From Veleropilina oligotropha (taxonomy: Eukaryota), in assembly GCA_048128005.1 (NCBI GenBank), contig JBEUKZ010000081.1:186001-250000 (forward strand): a DNA stretch of 64,000 nt, written 5' to 3'. This document shows, piece by piece, positions 61,616 through 64,000 of the stretch. Below the pieces are notes generated by a model. The model saw nothing but the letters and a program-made list of their open reading frames with translations. It had not been told where the DNA came from and searched no databases. A program made the translations under genes and the position numbers. The first letter of the stretch is position 1. Every line of letters begins with the position of its first letter.

Positions 61616-61703
61616 GAGCCTGGACCTTATCGCTCGGGCCGTCGTCGGTCTCCAGCTGTGTGAGCCGGACTCCGCGCAGGCTGCCCTGGCAGTGATCTCT
61701 AAG
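61616..61703 (+). CDS. HPS3: HPS3 coding exon 14 (probable)
   Basis: cttctcag / gtaggg; RSLDLIARAVVGLQLCEPDSAQAALAVISK in the expected phase. Confidence 0.7.
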
Positions 61704-62328
61704 GTAGGGGAGACAATGTGTCTGGATAGTATGCCCTGCACCAGACAGACAATCCTGGCGGTGATCTCTAAGGTAGGGGAGACCATGTATCTGGATAGTA
61801 CACCCCACACCAGACAGCTAGACAATCCTGGCAGTGATCTCTAAGGTAGGGGAGACAATGTATCTGGATAGTACACCCCGCACCAGACAGACAATCCTGG
61901 CAGTGATCTCTAAGGTAGGGGAGGCAATGTATCTGGATAGTACACCCCGCACCAGACAGACAATCCTGGCAGCGATCTCTACGGTAGGGGAGACAATGTA
62001 TCTGGATAGTACACCCCGCACCAGACAGACAATCCTGGCAGTGATCTCTAAGGTAGGGGAGACAATGTATCTGGATAGTACACCCTGCACCAGACAGACA
62101 ATCCTGGCAGTGATCTATAAGGTAGGGGAGACAATGTATCTGGATAGTACACCCCGCACCAGACAGACAATCCTGGCAGTGATCTCTAAGGTAGGGGAGG
62201 CAATGTATCTGGATAGTACACCCCGCACCAGACAGACAATCCTGGCAGTGATCTCTACGGTAGGGGAGACAATGTATCTGGATAGTACACCCCGCACCAG
62301 ACAGACAATCCTGGCAGTGATCTCTAAG
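61685..62328 (+). repeat. 69-bp minisatellite containing the exon 14 end and splice donor
   Basis: Unit cctggcagtgatctctaag|gtaggggagacaatgtatctggatagtacaccccgcaccagacagacaat, 9+ copies. Confidence 0.93.
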
Positions 62329-62602
62329 TTAGGATGGACACACACACATACACCCCCCACCAGCCCGGTCAATCCTCCCTGCAATTTGAATATTCAATAG
62401 TATGCCCAGGCCCAGACAGCCCTGGCTGTGGTAGGAGAGACAATGTGTCTGGATAGTACGCCCGGCCCAGACAGCCCTGGTTGTGATCTCTAAGGTAGGA
62501 GAGAAAATGTGTGTCAGGACAAAACCCCCACCCCACATACACACATACCCTCTCTCAGATACCCCTGACTGTGATATCTCTAAGGTAGGAGCAGCAATGT
62601 TT

Positions 62603-64000
62603 GTCAGGACAGACCATCCAGGTACCCCTACACACACACTCCAACCCAGGCAGTGCTGGCTGTGATCAGGACAGACCATCCATGTACCCCCTACACACAC
62701 ACTCCAACCCAGGCAGTGCTGGCTGTGATCAGGACAGACCATCCAGGTACCCCCTACACACACACTCCAACCCAGGCAGTGCTGGCTGTGATCAGGACAG
62801 ACCATCCAGGTACCCCCTACACACACACTCCAACCCAGGCAGTGCTGGCTGTGATCAGGACAGACCATCCAGGTACCCCCTACACACACACTCCAACCCA
62901 GGCAGTGCTGGCTGTGATCAGGACAGACCATCCAGGTACCCCCTACACACACTCCAACCCAGGCAGTGCTGGCTGTGATCAGGACAGACCGTCCAGGTAC
63001 CCCCTACACACACACTCCAACCCAGGCAGTGCTGGCTGTGATCAGGACAGACCGTCCAGGTACCCCCTACACACACTCCAACCCAGGCAGTGCTGGCTGT
63101 GATCAGGACAGACCATCCAGATACCCCCTACACACACACTCCAACCCAGGCAGTGCTGGCTGTGATCTCTTCAGACCGTCCACGTACCCCCTACACACAC
63201 ACTCCAACCCAGGCAGTGCTGGCTGTGATCAGGACAGACCGTCCAGGTACCCCCTACACACACACTCCAACCCAGGCAGTGCTGGCTGTGATCAGGACAG
63301 ACCGTCCAGGTACCCCCTACACACACACTCCAACCCAGGCAGTGCTGGCTGTGATCAGGACAGACCATCCAGGTACCCCCTACACACACACTCCAACCCA
63401 GGCAGTGCTGGCTGTGATCAGGACAGACCGTCCAGGTACCCCCTACACACACACTCCAACCCAGGCAGTGCTGGCTGCATGCGCGGTGATCAGGACAGAC
63501 CATCCAGGTACCCCCTACACACACACACTCCAACCCAGGCAGTGCTGGCTGTGATCAGGACAGACCGTCCAGGTACCCCCTACACACACACTCCAACCCA
63601 GGCAGTGCTGGCTGTGATCAGGACAGACCATCCAGGTACCCCCTACACACACACTCCAACCCAGGCAGTGCTGGCTGTGATCAGGACAGACCATCCAGGT
63701 ACCCCCTACACACACACTCCAACCCTGGCAGTGCTGGCTGTGATCAGGACAGACCATCCAGGTACCCCCTACACACACACTCCAACCCAGGCAGTGCTGG
63801 CTGTGATCAGGACAGACCATCCAGGTACCCCCTACACACACACTCCAACCCAGGCAGTGCTGGCTGTGATCAGGACAGACCATCCAGGTACCCCCTACAC
63901 ACACACTCCAACCCAGGCAGTGTTGGCTGTGATCAGGACAGACCATCCAGATACCCCCTACACACACACACTCCAACCCAGGCAGTGCTGGCTGTGATCA
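62603..64000 (+). repeat. ~63-bp minisatellite (runs off the window end)
   Basis: Unit ctggctgtgatcaggacagaccatccaggtaccccctacacacacactccaacccaggcagtg with variable (CA)n. Confidence 0.96.

Noticed and set aside
61818..63997. Repetitive proteins from ORFs in the terminal arrays (also 6499-6873 and 19806-20135)
   Set aside because: Simple translations of tandem units.

Overview
Repeat-rich eukaryotic (invertebrate metazoan-type) genomic DNA. One host gene is recognisable: the first 14 coding exons of an HPS3 (BLOC-2 subunit) orthologue on the + strand (33015 to at least 61703, continuing past the window). The rest is mostly mobile DNA: a decayed CR1/L2-group LINE whose endonuclease motif has expanded into a 49-bp minisatellite, two related but diverged DIRS1-type tyrosine-recombinase retrotransposons (an apparently intact copy at ~11243-18729 minus; a damaged copy at ~53181-60432 plus, inside an HPS3 intron), a Penelope-like fragment with a variant hammerhead ribozyme, many tRNA-derived SINEs, MITEs, Helitron/Helentron-type elements and minisatellites. 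The most interesting signal comes from comparing the two DIRS copies by eye. Both have a covarying, structured 5' leader and a covarying ~310-nt non-coding 3' block. A 19-20 bp long-range duplex between the two regions, about 6 kb apart, is kept by compensatory changes. In the intact copy, gag and the long tyrosine-recombinase frame are separated by a single UAG. All alignments and folds were done by hand and need computational confirmation.
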